Shown: piece by piece, positions 36,860 to 48,700 of the stretch
How positions within the stretch are numbered: position 1 is the first letter of the stretch
Layout of the letters: each line of letters opens with the position of its first letter
NCBI GenBank assembly: GCA_950097015.1
Contig: CATNEN010000008.1
Span: forward strand, 1 to 64,000
From: Macrostomum hystrix
Taxonomy: Eukaryota; Animalia; Platyhelminthes
Direction of reading: 5' to 3'
Length of the DNA: 64,000 nucleotides
The notes under the pieces: generated by a model
Databases searched by the model: none
Told to the model about the DNA's origin: nothing
Seen by the model: the letters and a program-made list of their open reading frames with translations, nothing else
Position numbers and translations under genes: made by a program

Positions 36860-38220
36860 TTACGCTGAGGCAGCGTGGCCAAAAGAACGGAGCGGTAGTG
36901 ATTTAGAAGGTTGACAAATACGCACGGCTTGATTAATGTTTAGCTGCGTCGCTGTCCGCTGCTGGTACACTGGGGACGCGGAGTAGCTGGTTTTCGGAGT
37001 GCCATCGCTTGCCGTCATCGAGAATCCAGGACTCGGGGCCCAGTGTCGCGGGTCGAGTCGTTTCACCAGCTAAGTGAGCAGTCCGTGGCCGATCATAGCC
37101 AGCCTGGCCTTTTGCTTGTTGGCTTGGTCTTTTCGCTCCGTCGCCTCCTCTGATATCGGCTCTATCGGTGTCAGGCCTATCGTCGCTTTCAGCGTAGACC
37201 GGTAGCACTGCAGGAACTCACGGACCGCCTCCTTGAAGCTTTTGCCGTCCTTGAGGAGAGCCTTCAGCGACTCCTTTAGCGTCCGGTTGAACCGTTGGAC
37301 GTTCGAGTTAGACTGCGGATGATAGCAAAGTCTTGAGAAGTGCTGTACATCTTGGCCAGCTAGTAACTCCTCGAAGGCGTTGCTGGTGCATGAACTGGGG
37401 CCAGTTGTCGGTCACGATCTTGCTTGGCAGCCCCCATCGAGCGAATAGATCCTTTGAGGAAATAGACGATGACAGCTCCTTTGTCACCCGAAGCCGTAGT
37501 TCGATGCTCGGGCCTGTTGAAGCGCACGATGTCGATGGCTACGATCGCGAATTGGCAGCTCGCTGGCGCCTCGTGGATCTCGCCGAAGATCTAACTCCTG
37601 CTCCTGAAGTTTGGAACCCTCAATCGCCTGCTCCTGAAGTTTGGAACCCTCAATCACCTGATCCTGAAGTTTGGAATTCCCTCAATCACCTGATCCTGAA
37701 GTTTGGAACCCTTAGCCACCTGATCCTGAAGTTTGGAACCCTCAATCACCTGATCCTGAAGTTTGGAACCCTTAGCCACCTGATCCTGAAGTTTGGAACC
37801 CTCAACCACCTGATCCTGAAGTTTGGAACCCTCAACCACCTGATCCTGAAGTTTGGAACCCTCAATCACCTGATCCTGAAGTTTGGAACCCTCAATCACC
37901 TGATCCTGAAGATTGGAACCCTCAATCACCTGATCCTGAAGTTTTGAACCCTACCGCACTATGCACTACCGAGGAGCAAGTAGCTCGCGTGTGCCAAGAC
38001 ATCTTCGATGGTGTCGAGCATTCTCGAACCCTTCGCAGCATCCTCAGCTGCGTACGAGAATGCTTGGAAAGACGGCCTGCCCACCGCCTCGACATCGATG
38101 CCCACTTCACCAGCTGGACGGCCTCGGTGCTGGCCTCGACTCTCTGGATAATTTTCGTAAATGAACTTAGTACTGACGGAAGAGATGGATCATGGAATGA
38201 GACCCGAACTTTTCCGTAAA
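36860..38220 (-). mobile_element. Decayed Ty3/Gypsy pol fragment (integrase), frameshifted
   Basis: IFGEIHEAP..FAIVAID / DLFARWGLPSKIVTDNWPQF / YHPQSNSNVQRFNRTLKESLK..FLQCYRST / GPESWILDDGKRWH. The expected catalytic Glu reads Gln; no LTRs seen. Confidence 0.85.
37592..37950. repeat. 30-bp minisatellite CTGATCCTGAAGTTTGGAACCCTCAATCAC inside the Gypsy fragment
   Basis: About 12 copies. Confidence 0.95.
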
Positions 38221-38674
38221 CCTCGTTTGGAGCGACGGTTAAAGTACAGTAGCAGCCTTCGATGAGCTTGATTTTTCAGCGGGAACAACAGTTCTTGAGA
38301 AATTCAAAGGGGTAAAGTCTATATATTGTTCTGACTTGAATGTTCCAGTCTCGGAGAGAATGAGAACGACGCTCAGGAGAAAGCCCTTAACTTGTTTACT
38401 TAAAGTATTTAATAAATTGGGGGGGATGACTAGGTTCGGAGAGATAAGAGAATACGAAATGGGGTGGGCTGCGATCTACAGTAGGGTCATTGGAAAGGGG
38501 GCTAGAGTAGCAACGAGCGAAGCGGAAAGCGAAGGAGGGTCGCAAAATATCAAATAATCGAGACAGGTGAGCAGGAATTGAAGGAAGAGGGAGGAACGGA
38601 GGGAATGTGCATCGATCTATTGGATTCATATAGATTTCACATACATACAGATACATACAGATCATACAGATTTC

Positions 38675-39010
38675 ACAACAACAGTCGACCATTGCGTCCA
38701 CGGCTGGTTGCAGAACGTCTGCACATCTGGACAGAGATGACTGTGTGGCCAGTAGCACCGAGTCGTCTGCATACACGCTGATTCCGAAGGCCCCTAAATT
38801 TCGACCCGAACCCTAGGTTTCTTGGCCTGGTTCTCGACAGCCAGCTCAATTTCACGGCCCACGCCATTATTGACTTCTGCAAGCGCATGAATCGGCGTTA
38901 CCGAAGCTCTGGCAGGCCTCGCGGGCAGGAATGCCGGCGCCTCCCAGAACGTCCTCCGCACTGCCTACCTCGCAACCATCCACGCCGTGGCCGACTATGG
39001 TTGCGGCATC
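38675..39010. mobile_element. Non-LTR retrotransposon RT fragment with internal inversion
   Basis: Minus 38776-38680: YADDSVLLA..ADVLQPAVD. Plus 38805-39010: PRFLGLVLDSQLNFTAH..GASQNVLRTAYLATIHAVADYGCGIY. Confidence 0.8.
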
Positions 39011-39344
39011 TATAGGGGGCAAGTGCTGCACCGAGCAACTATAACTGATGAACTCAACTGCAGCACCTAAAGCAGCAGCAGCCAGCAGCCTGTCTCACCC
39101 CAACAACAAAGCCTTAGTAGTAGGTGCTAAATTTTACGTTGATGCAATTCTAGTCATGGCGACGACTCATCGACATATACAGCAGCAGCAGCATTGGCAA
39201 TGGCAACAGCAGAAGAAGCAGCCATCATGTTGCATCCCAGTCAGTGGCCCAGTTAATGGCCTGATCGCACGCCTGCCGACGAACTTCGGAGACGATCGAG
39301 CAACTTCGGCGAAAGTTAGCAGGGTGGTAAAAAAACGGCGCGAA

Positions 39345-39998
39345 AATGTGTGTAGCTTCTGCGACAATGCGTTCACAAAAAGCAACGTCCTTGATGTGCA
39401 GAAGGAAAGAAAGTTAATTTTTTTCTTCTTAATTGGTTTTTCATGCAAGCTATACACACTGCTTGTTCCATTTGTCAAATATTTAGAAAGCACATTCCAT
39501 GTATGAGCGCCCCATGAACAGCCAGTTGCGCAGCCTCAGCTTTTTTAAAACAGTTCAGTCCATGGACTATATTAGGGGTCCATATTGGTTATTCCATATT
39601 GCATGGTTTACATGTGGCTTAATTGAAGCGATCAGGATCATGCAATCAAGTGTCTGACCTACATAGACATAGCATAAGTGTTGAGTGTTAATTAGTTCAT
39701 TACTAATCATGAATTGTTACTTTCTTAAATAACATTAATTAAGTGTTAATGCTGGGTTGAGATTAAAACTCAATAGGTCCCATTGTAGGCGTCTGGCAGC
39801 TTTGAACACAAGGCTGCTATATACTCTTTCAAGGTATAAATCAATTAATTGATGTAAACAGATGTTATCGAATATCATCGCAAAGCACCCACCCTGCATT
39901 CCACGCAGCTCATCGATAGTGACGAGAGGCGTCACGCCTGTCCGACCTGCGGGTGCGCCTTCCACTTTCAGTCCAACATGAAGCAACAGCTGTTTGTT
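39345..39998 (+). pseudogene. Degenerate C2H2 zinc-finger gene remnants
   Basis: NVCSFCDNAFTKSNVLDVQ, HSMYERP linker-like segment and ERRHACPTCGCAFHFQSNMKQQL; His ligands are lost and stops intervene. Confidence 0.5.
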
Positions 39999-41449
39999 CT
40001 GTAAATACAGTTTGAAAAGCTGCATGATATTGTCAATATTGTAAAAGTTGATGAATTGTTCTCGGTTTTACTATTCGAAACCTTTAGCTAAGATAGAATT
40101 TTCTTTTGTGAATCGAGATTCTGCGAATCAGGATTCTGTGAATTAAGAATTAAGGACGTCTACACGTGTGTTATGGATGAGCGAAAATCGTCCACAATAT
40201 AACAAAGTACGAGTATAATAAGAAAGTTTAATACCTAATGTTTCTTATCAAGATTATACATATAAACCTAAAATTTGTACTTATTTCTCTTCAGCTGTGT
40301 ACTATTGTATCATTTTGTTCTTTGTTTTACTAAGGATTTTTTCCTATAAAGATATATTTTTATTAAAATGAACAACTTTGTAATAAATGTCACAGTTGTG
40401 GTTGCTGCGCTTTTGAATTTAACAACACGAAGATTATAGTTAATGCATTGATGCATTGATGCATTCGCGGAGATTATTAGCCTATGTTATATTATTTTGC
40501 CGACGAGGAACTGAGTGACGAAGCAGACGAACTAAGACGACAAACTTAACTGAGCGACTTGATCCCTGAGAACGCCCCCCAGAAAAGACGTGCAAAATCT
40601 GTTTAAATTATCAGCAGCTTAAATATTAGCATTACAACTAGCACACTAAACCCCCCTTGGTGGGCCAAAACTGTTCAGACAAAAAGTATTGTGTAATGCA
40701 GAAGGACAAAACGCACATGAAAGCAAACAAAAACAAAAACTCATTTCGTTAGTATTAATTTCCCTGATTGCGAATATATGTGATTGCAATTCAACAAGCA
40801 TTTGAATTCTCGCTAAATATACAATTCTCACTAAATATACAAAAATAGTCTGTCCGAGCTTGAATACATTCTGAGACATCAGGTTTGTACACCAAGAGCC
40901 CCATTGGGGCAAAATTACACAAGTAGCTTACATTTGTTACATCTCAGCTTAATGCTGCTTAGATACATGTGAATACTATCCCCTCAGCAGTAAAAAACCA
41001 GTGTCTCCCCAGCAGCAGAGAATTGATTTATTCAAAATTGTTCACTTGTCTTTTCTAAGTAAAGCTGCTATAAAATAAATATGTTGCTATTAATATTGTT
41101 TTAGCTGTTAAAAAGAGTTAACATGAAAATGTCCTAAGACTTTTTGGACACCACTTATAGGCCTATTCAATTTATGAATAGTGAGCTAAAAACTCTATAT
41201 TGATATACAAATTGATTGTTAAAGAACAATATTTATTGCACTAAATGCTATTTTAGTATTCTTTTTAGCATTTATTATTTTGATTCTAAAAATAAATTTA
41301 GATTCAATCTGAATATTACTGTCAGTTAAATTAATTTAATAAATTGACATGATATAGCTATGAAAATATTTTCTATGATTCTGAATAAGCAATCTATGTA
41401 AAAACTTCACTATAACAGTAGAACTACCAAGGGGGAGGACAATTTTTTT

Positions 41450-41755
41450 GCTGCACTTCGAACTGGAACAATGCAAGCACATGAAACTCAAGAACACAGG
41501 CCAACTTTTTGTTGCACATCTTCTGAAACAAGGAAACAAGTCGCCATGCTCTTCAGACCGTCAAGATATTCAATGTTTCTGACCAAAGGTCCAAATTTTC
41601 CCATAAGAGCTAGTGTATTTCATATACCCCTATACACGAATTTGCACTATACCTCAGTGTGGCCTTGCCAGTCCCTTCAAAATTGATTAGCATGTCACCC
41701 GAATGTGCCTGCACCATCTCCATCTTCGGTGGTCACCTACCTTTATCTAGATGGA
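41450..41755. repeat. Dispersed repeat, copy 2, distal part inverted relative to copy 1
   Basis: 41622-41745 matches the reverse complement of 32225-32345. Confidence 0.8.
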
Positions 41756-42751
41756 GCAGCTGGACCTTAAACAAGTAATAGTTGAGTTTAGGCCAATATC
41801 AAGGCTTTATTAGAGAAGGTAGAAAAATTCAATTTAGGGACTCCATTGCCAGCTGGAGGCACCCTGCTGATGGTGCTGATGGCGTCAGGGTGGTGACTGA
41901 ATGGTTGATGGACTAGAGGAACATGTAAAGTAGTTGAGTAGTAGTAGTTGTAAATTTTCGAAAAAGTTTATCCTCTTAATATTGTGAAGTCTGTTCAAAA
42001 ACAAACAATTTAAACTGATCAGTAGTTTCTGGTACTGTCTTTTAAGTTAGGTATTGGTGTCCATTGTTAAATGTTTTTAGTCAGTGCTATCAGTGAACAG
42101 AAAAATTATGCCCATATTATTGTTCTTGTCACCAGACACCTCGACAGCAGTTATTGAATATGTCAACAATGCCTACATTTTGTGATTCTAGAAGTTGTTT
42201 CATTGGATAGTATGGAAAATTTTAAATTTTTTCTTCTAGTTTGTTATGGCAATTAGTTGAATATTTTAGGAGATACTGAAAAAAAGATAGATAGGGGTAT
42301 TTAAAATACCTCACAGTTCTAAATTATGTTAGCTCTGTGACAGTTAACCTTATGGACCAATAGATACTTGTTTAGTTAATTTATTTGTGGGAAATTTTTG
42401 TTTGCTATTACTTCGAGTAAGTATTGTGTTTCCAGCTATGCAGTTATCTCTAATTTCATTAAGAGGTTTATCACACTTGTGTTGCTCACTAGTTGTTTCT
42501 GTAAATATGTTGATAAAACAGAACAATGGAAGGGAAATCGAATTTATTAATAATAGGATCTGTAAGTATGTAGGCTGTATTGATAAGTAGAAATATTTTT
42601 TTACTTTTTACTTGAAGTAGTCTAAATGGGTTTTTCAATATTTTTGATAACAATCCTTACAGATGCGAATAATTGTTTAGGGACGCAGAAGCAGAATAAA
42701 TATAAAAGTAAGCGCGTTAAAACTTAAGAAAAAGAACCCTGAAATCGACTA

Positions 42752-45700
42752 ATGCTTTCGAGAGGATCGTCTTCATCTAGCGGCGGCGGTAGTGGCGGCA
42801 GTCGCTGGGACAACGGTGGAGGGGGAGGCGGCGGCAGTCGTTGGGACAATGGAAGCGGGGGCGGCAGCCGTTGGGGCAGTTCTGGCGGAGGCGGCAGTCG
42901 CTGGGACGCCTCCAGTAGTAATATAGGCGGGGGCGGCATTTTAGAATCGCCCAGACCGCCAATTGGGGCAATTCATCGATTCACTTCGCCGCCGCCAACC
43001 ACTTCCGGAGCAGGCATTCGCCCGCTGATGCCGGGACCGCCGCTGCAACAGCAGCCGCCCCCATCCATAGCGCCTCTATCAATGCCGATGTCTTTGCCGC
43101 CTCCGCCGCAGTTCAGCTTGCCGCCTCCTAGCTTAGTGCCTCCAGGGCCACCATTGCCTTCAATTCAGCAGCAGCAGCAGGCGGCCGCAGCAGCCAAAGC
43201 GGTGATGCTTCAACAGCAGGTCCAATCCGAACAGCAGACTCTGCAGCAGATGCTGATGGACGCTGAGCAGCGGCTGTCGCAGAGTCAAACTAACCTGTCC
43301 GCCCAGTTCGAAGTGTTGATCAACGCACAGGAGCAACAGTTTGACGAATTGATTAATAGGCGCCGTCTAGAACAGCTGCACTCTCTCTGCACCGTGATGG
43401 ACATGTCTCTGGAAGAGATTGATTCTGCCCTGCAGCCAGTGGTTGACTCCTGCACCAAGGAGAATATTGTTGCCGCCAAGAACTGGGTTCTGGATAGGGC
43501 CCAGAATCCTGCGGCTACCGATGTGTTTGCCAGCTTCTTGCTGGCTCGCTCTGTGGCGCTGGGTCAAGCCTTCGCCGGCAGGCTGCACCTCATCTACCTG
43601 GTGAACGATCTGTTGCATCATTGCCGGCGGCGTAATGCTGATTCTATGATTGGCTCTCTGCAGGTAAGCTCAATTTTTATTGTATTCAATATCTCTCAAT
43701 TCATATTGTGTTCTTTTGCGCTTTTCCAAATTCCTCCTTTTTTCTCAGTTGTCCTTCATTTCCCATTACATCTCTTTGCTCCTCTTTATCCCCAATCTCC
43801 CATTTCTCCCACTGTCGGTTGTCTCCTCTTTACCCGCAATATTCTCTTTCTCCCCTGTCGGTTGTCTCCTCTTTATCCCTAATCTCCCCTTTTTCCCTAA
43901 TCTCCCCTTTCTCCCCCTGTTGGTTGTCTCCTCTTTATCCCTAATCTAACTCTTTCTCCCCTGTCGGTAGTCTTCCCATTATACCCAATCTCCCCTTATC
44001 CCCCTGTCGGTTGTCTCCTCTTTATCCCTAATCTCCCCTTTCTCCCCCTGTTGGTTGTCTCCTCTTTATCCCCAATCTAACTCTTTCTCCCCTGTCGGTA
44101 GTCTTCCCATTATACCCAATCTCCCCTTATCCCTGTCGGTTGTCTCCTCTTTATCCCCAATCTCCCCCTTCTCCTCTGTCGGTAGTCTTCCCATTATACC
44201 CAATCTCCCCTTATCCCTGTCGGTTGTCTCCTCTTTATCCCCAATCTCCCCTTATCCCTGTCGGTTGTCTCCTCTTTATCCCCAATCTCCCCTTTCTCCT
44301 CTGTCGGTAGTCTTCCCATTATACCCAATCTCCCCTTATCCCTGTCGGTTGTCTCCTCTTTATCCCCAATCTCCCCTTCTCCTCTGTCGGTAGTCTTCCC
44401 ATTATACCCAATCTCCCCTTATCCCTGTCGGTTGTCTCCTCTTTATCCCCAATCTCCCTTTCTCCTCTGTCGGTAGTCTTCCCATTATACCCAATCTCCC
44501 CTTATCTCCCTGTCGGTTGTCTCCTCTTTATCCCCAATCTCCCCTTTCTCTCTGTATTTTTTACCGTTTGATCTGGAGCTCTCAACCTTATTTTGTCCTG
44601 CGGTCTACAGTAGCTGCCGCTCCCTTTGGGTGAGGTTTCTATATTTAGAATCGATTTTGATAATTGGGAAATGCCCTTTTTTGAAGCCGTTTACTAAATA
44701 TGCTTCCTAGGATAAAGTAGCTTTAGTGATCATATTCATTCTTGTTGGCTCATTTTTTCTTGTATTACTAAAGATTTATCTCGTTACCTCAAAGAGATTT
44801 GTGAAATTGAATTAGATTTTAAGAACGCTTTAATTTACTGCCACCTAAAGAAGTGTATCTTAAGATTTAGTCCTTAACCTTCGTTCGTTACATCCATGGG
44901 ATGCTGAATGATACATCAATCGTTGCCTGTTGCCTGCTCCCAGTGTAGCACAAGCTTCGGGTACATAAATCAACATTCTTGTCACGCTCTTCTCTTTTTC
45001 AATTCATCTTTTGCAACCATGCTAGTGCTGGCTAGAGGGTGGGCAGAATTAGTCGCTACACTGCACAACTGTCTGTCTGCTTACTGGTGATTTACAAAAG
45101 TCTATTTCTCTTTACTTGCCCGTGTAAGAGATTGGCCAGTGTTTTTGATGGATTATATCATCCTTATATCTTCCTTGTCTTAATTCCGTCATGCCTTTGT
45201 GTCTTGACTTGACACAAAGATCTCTCTTATTCGATGTTTATCGGGGCTTTGCTAAATGGTGTAGGTAATACATTTAACACGAAATCGCTGCGTGTGTGCC
45301 GACAGTGACAGGTGAAGATGGTGCTAAAGGGTGACACCTTCATATCTTGCCTAGCTGAATATTTAAATCTATTAGTTGCTTTGGAAAGATCAAATAAAAT
45401 ATTTATATTTCTACAAACTAATAAGACACTGTCATAAGCTGAGTTAAACTTAGGTCAATGGAATGATCTGTGATGGAATGGGTCACTGCAATGATCTGTG
45501 ATGGAATGGGTCACTGCAATGATCTGTGATGGAATGGGTCACTGCAATCATCTGTGATGGAATGGGTCACTGCAATCATCTGTGATGGAATGGGTCACTG
45601 CAATCATCTGTGATAGAATGGGTCACTGCAATCATCTGTGATAGAATGGGTCACTGCAATGATCTGTGATGGAATGGGTCACTGCAATTATCTGTGATGG

Positions 45701-48700
45701 AATGGGTCACTGCAATTATCTGTAATGGAATGGGTCACTGCAACGATCTGTGATGGAATGGGTCACTGCAATCATCTGTAATGGAATGGGTCACTGCAAT
45801 TATCTGTGATGGAATGGGTCACTGCAATCATCTGTGATAGAATGGGTCACTGCAATCATCTGTGATGGAATGGGTCACTGAAATCATCTGTAATGGAATG
45901 GGTCACTGCAATCATCTGTGATAGAATGGGTCACTGCAATCATCTGTGATGGAATGGGTCACTGAAATCATCTGTAATGGAATGGGTCACTGCAATTATC
46001 TGTAATGGAATGGGTCACTGCAATTATCTGTGATGGAATGGGTCACTGCAATTATCTGTGATGGAATGGGTCACTGCAATCATCTGTAATGGAATGGGTC
46101 ACTGCAATCATCTGTAATGGAATGGGTCACTGCAATTATCTGTGATGGAATGGGTCACTGCAATCATCTGTGATGGAATGGGTCACTGCAATCATCTGTG
46201 ATGGAATGGGTCACTGCAATTATCTGTAATGGAATGGGTCACTGCAATTATCTGTGATGGAATGGGTCACTGCAATGATCTGTAATGGAATGGGTCACTG
46301 CAATTATCTGTAATGGAATGGGTCACTGCAATGATCTGTAATGGAATGGGTCACTGCAATCATCTGTGATGGAATGGGTCACTGCAATCATCTGTGATGG
46401 AATGGGTCACTGCAATCATCTGTGATGGAATGGGTCACTGCAATCATCTGTGATGGAATGGGTCACTGCAATCATCTGTGATGGAATGGGTCACTGCAAT
46501 CATCTGTGATAGAATGGGTCACTGCAATTATCTGTAATGGAATGGGTCACTGCAATCATCTGTGATGGAATGGGTCACTGCAATTATCTGTAATGGAATG
46601 GGTCACTGCAATCATCTGTGATGGAATGGGTCACTGCAATTATCTGTAATGGAATGGGTCACTGCAATCATCTGTGATGGAATGGGTCACTGCAATCATC
46701 TGTGATAGAATGGGTCACTGCAATCATCTGTGATAGAATGGGTCACTGCAATCATCTGTGATGGAATGGGTCACTGCAATCATCTGTGATAGAATGGGTC
46801 ACTGCAATCATCTGTGATGGAATGGGTCACTGCAATCATCTGTGTTAGAATGGGTCACTGCAATCATCTGTGATGGAATGGGTCACTGCAATCATCTGTG
46901 ATGGAATGGGTCACTGCAATGAGGTCATTTCTGTACTGTTATTCCCGTGTTAAGATCATGGGGCGTGAGTTGTTCCTGCAATTAATTTTGTATCAGTTGA
47001 GTTCTTGAGTAAAGAGGTACTTACTGGTCACGTGTTTAATGAATGATTAATCGACATTTCTTTGCGGCACTGTTGGGTTATGGCTTCAGCTAAAAGCGCC
47101 AGTTGTTGCTTGAGCAAAAATTTCTAGTAAAATCAGCTTCACATCATTGAAAAACTAGCTAGCGGCATCAAACCAGCTGTGAAGCACTGCTCTGCCATCG
47201 GCTTAACCTTTTCTGTGCTTAAGGTTTTAAAGGGTATTTACGATCAACTTGTTTTTCTTCTTTGCAGAAGGATTTAGTACTTATTGACTTTTTTACTTAA
47301 GTAGTATTACGAGTCATAGCATTATGTAGTACTAAGAGATAAAAAGACGAAAAATGGTTAAACATAAGATAAGAGAATAAAAATTAGATGGAGAATAAAA
47401 AGATAAGACGCAGGAGAAAGATAAGACGGATGCGAACAATAAGTCCGAGGAGAAAGATAAGGCAGAGGAGAAAGATAAGACGGATGCGAACAATAAGTCC
47501 GAGGAGAAAGATAAGACGGATGCGAACAATAAGTCCGAGGAGAAAGATAAGGCAGAGGAGAAAGATAAGACTGAGGAGAAAGATAAGATTGAGGAGAAAG
47601 ATAAAACTGAGGAGAAAGGTATGATGCAGCAGAAAGGTATGATGCAGGTGAAAGATAAGACGGAGGAGAAAGATAAGTGGAATGAGAAAGACGAGACGGA
47701 TGAGAAAGATAGGACAGAAGAGAAAAATATGATAAATGAAAATGACATGATGGTGGAAACGATAATTCAGTGGAAAAAATGTAAAAGTGCAAGTTTGAGT
47801 ATATGAGTAGGAAAAAACATTACAGTAGTAAACCATTAGGAAGATTCCAAGAACAATTCTTGGAATTCCCATGGGCATTTTTTATATTATCTTGACCGCT
47901 GTAGGCACATTCTCCAGTCACCACACTCGGTGACTGGTTTTGAACAGACAGGCTAATTTGTCTAATTTAACTGTGTGTAAGTTACACTAGGGGTCGTAAG
48001 CATTGCATGCGTCACACTGAAAGACAGACTAAAACAAAAAATCATGTGGCTTTTATTCTAAACGCCGCTTTTTTAAAAAAGAAGTTAGATAGACAGAGAA
48101 TATGCTTAAAATTAGCTTCCTCTTTGGCGGGCGGGACTTCAGATAGATTCTCTTATTTTTCTTCATCCACAAAGAGCCTTCAAGAGGGCTTATAAAGGCC
48201 CCTTCCTTTCTTGCCAACTCCTAATTAGACTAACAGAGATGATTATAAGCTATCTGTGTCTGGCAATGAGCTGTTTCTATCGCTGCTTATGCTTTTTGGA
48301 ATCTTTGTGCTTAACGCAGGTAACGTAGCTTTTTTCGGATTGTGAATATCTCATTCAAGCAACTCAGTTTATACATGTCTAGGAATGAAAGCTTTCCCAG
48401 AAAACCAGCTTTTTTGCATACCCAAGCAACGCTGCTGGCTGACAGGTCTTCTAACGATTCGTAGTTTATGAAAAAATGCATGGAGCTCAGAGCTGGTTGA
48501 GATAAAGCCGCATCGGAAATTTGGTTTCTCGCTCAAAGACACATTAGTTTGCTTAGTTTCAAACTAGCACCCTTCCGTCAGAAGTAGAGATTCGAACTCG
48601 CGACCTCTCGGTCAAAAGTTAATATCTTATCATAAGTTAAGATTCGAACTCGCTTTGGTTGAGATTCGAACTCGAAACCTCGGGTTAGAAGCCCAAAGGT

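Noticed and set aside
47845-47865. Palindromic pair of STAT-like TTCN3GAA sites (TTCCAAGAA CAA TTCTTGGAA)
   Set aside because: An isolated intronic palindrome; it could be chance or a MITE remnant, and there is no supporting context.
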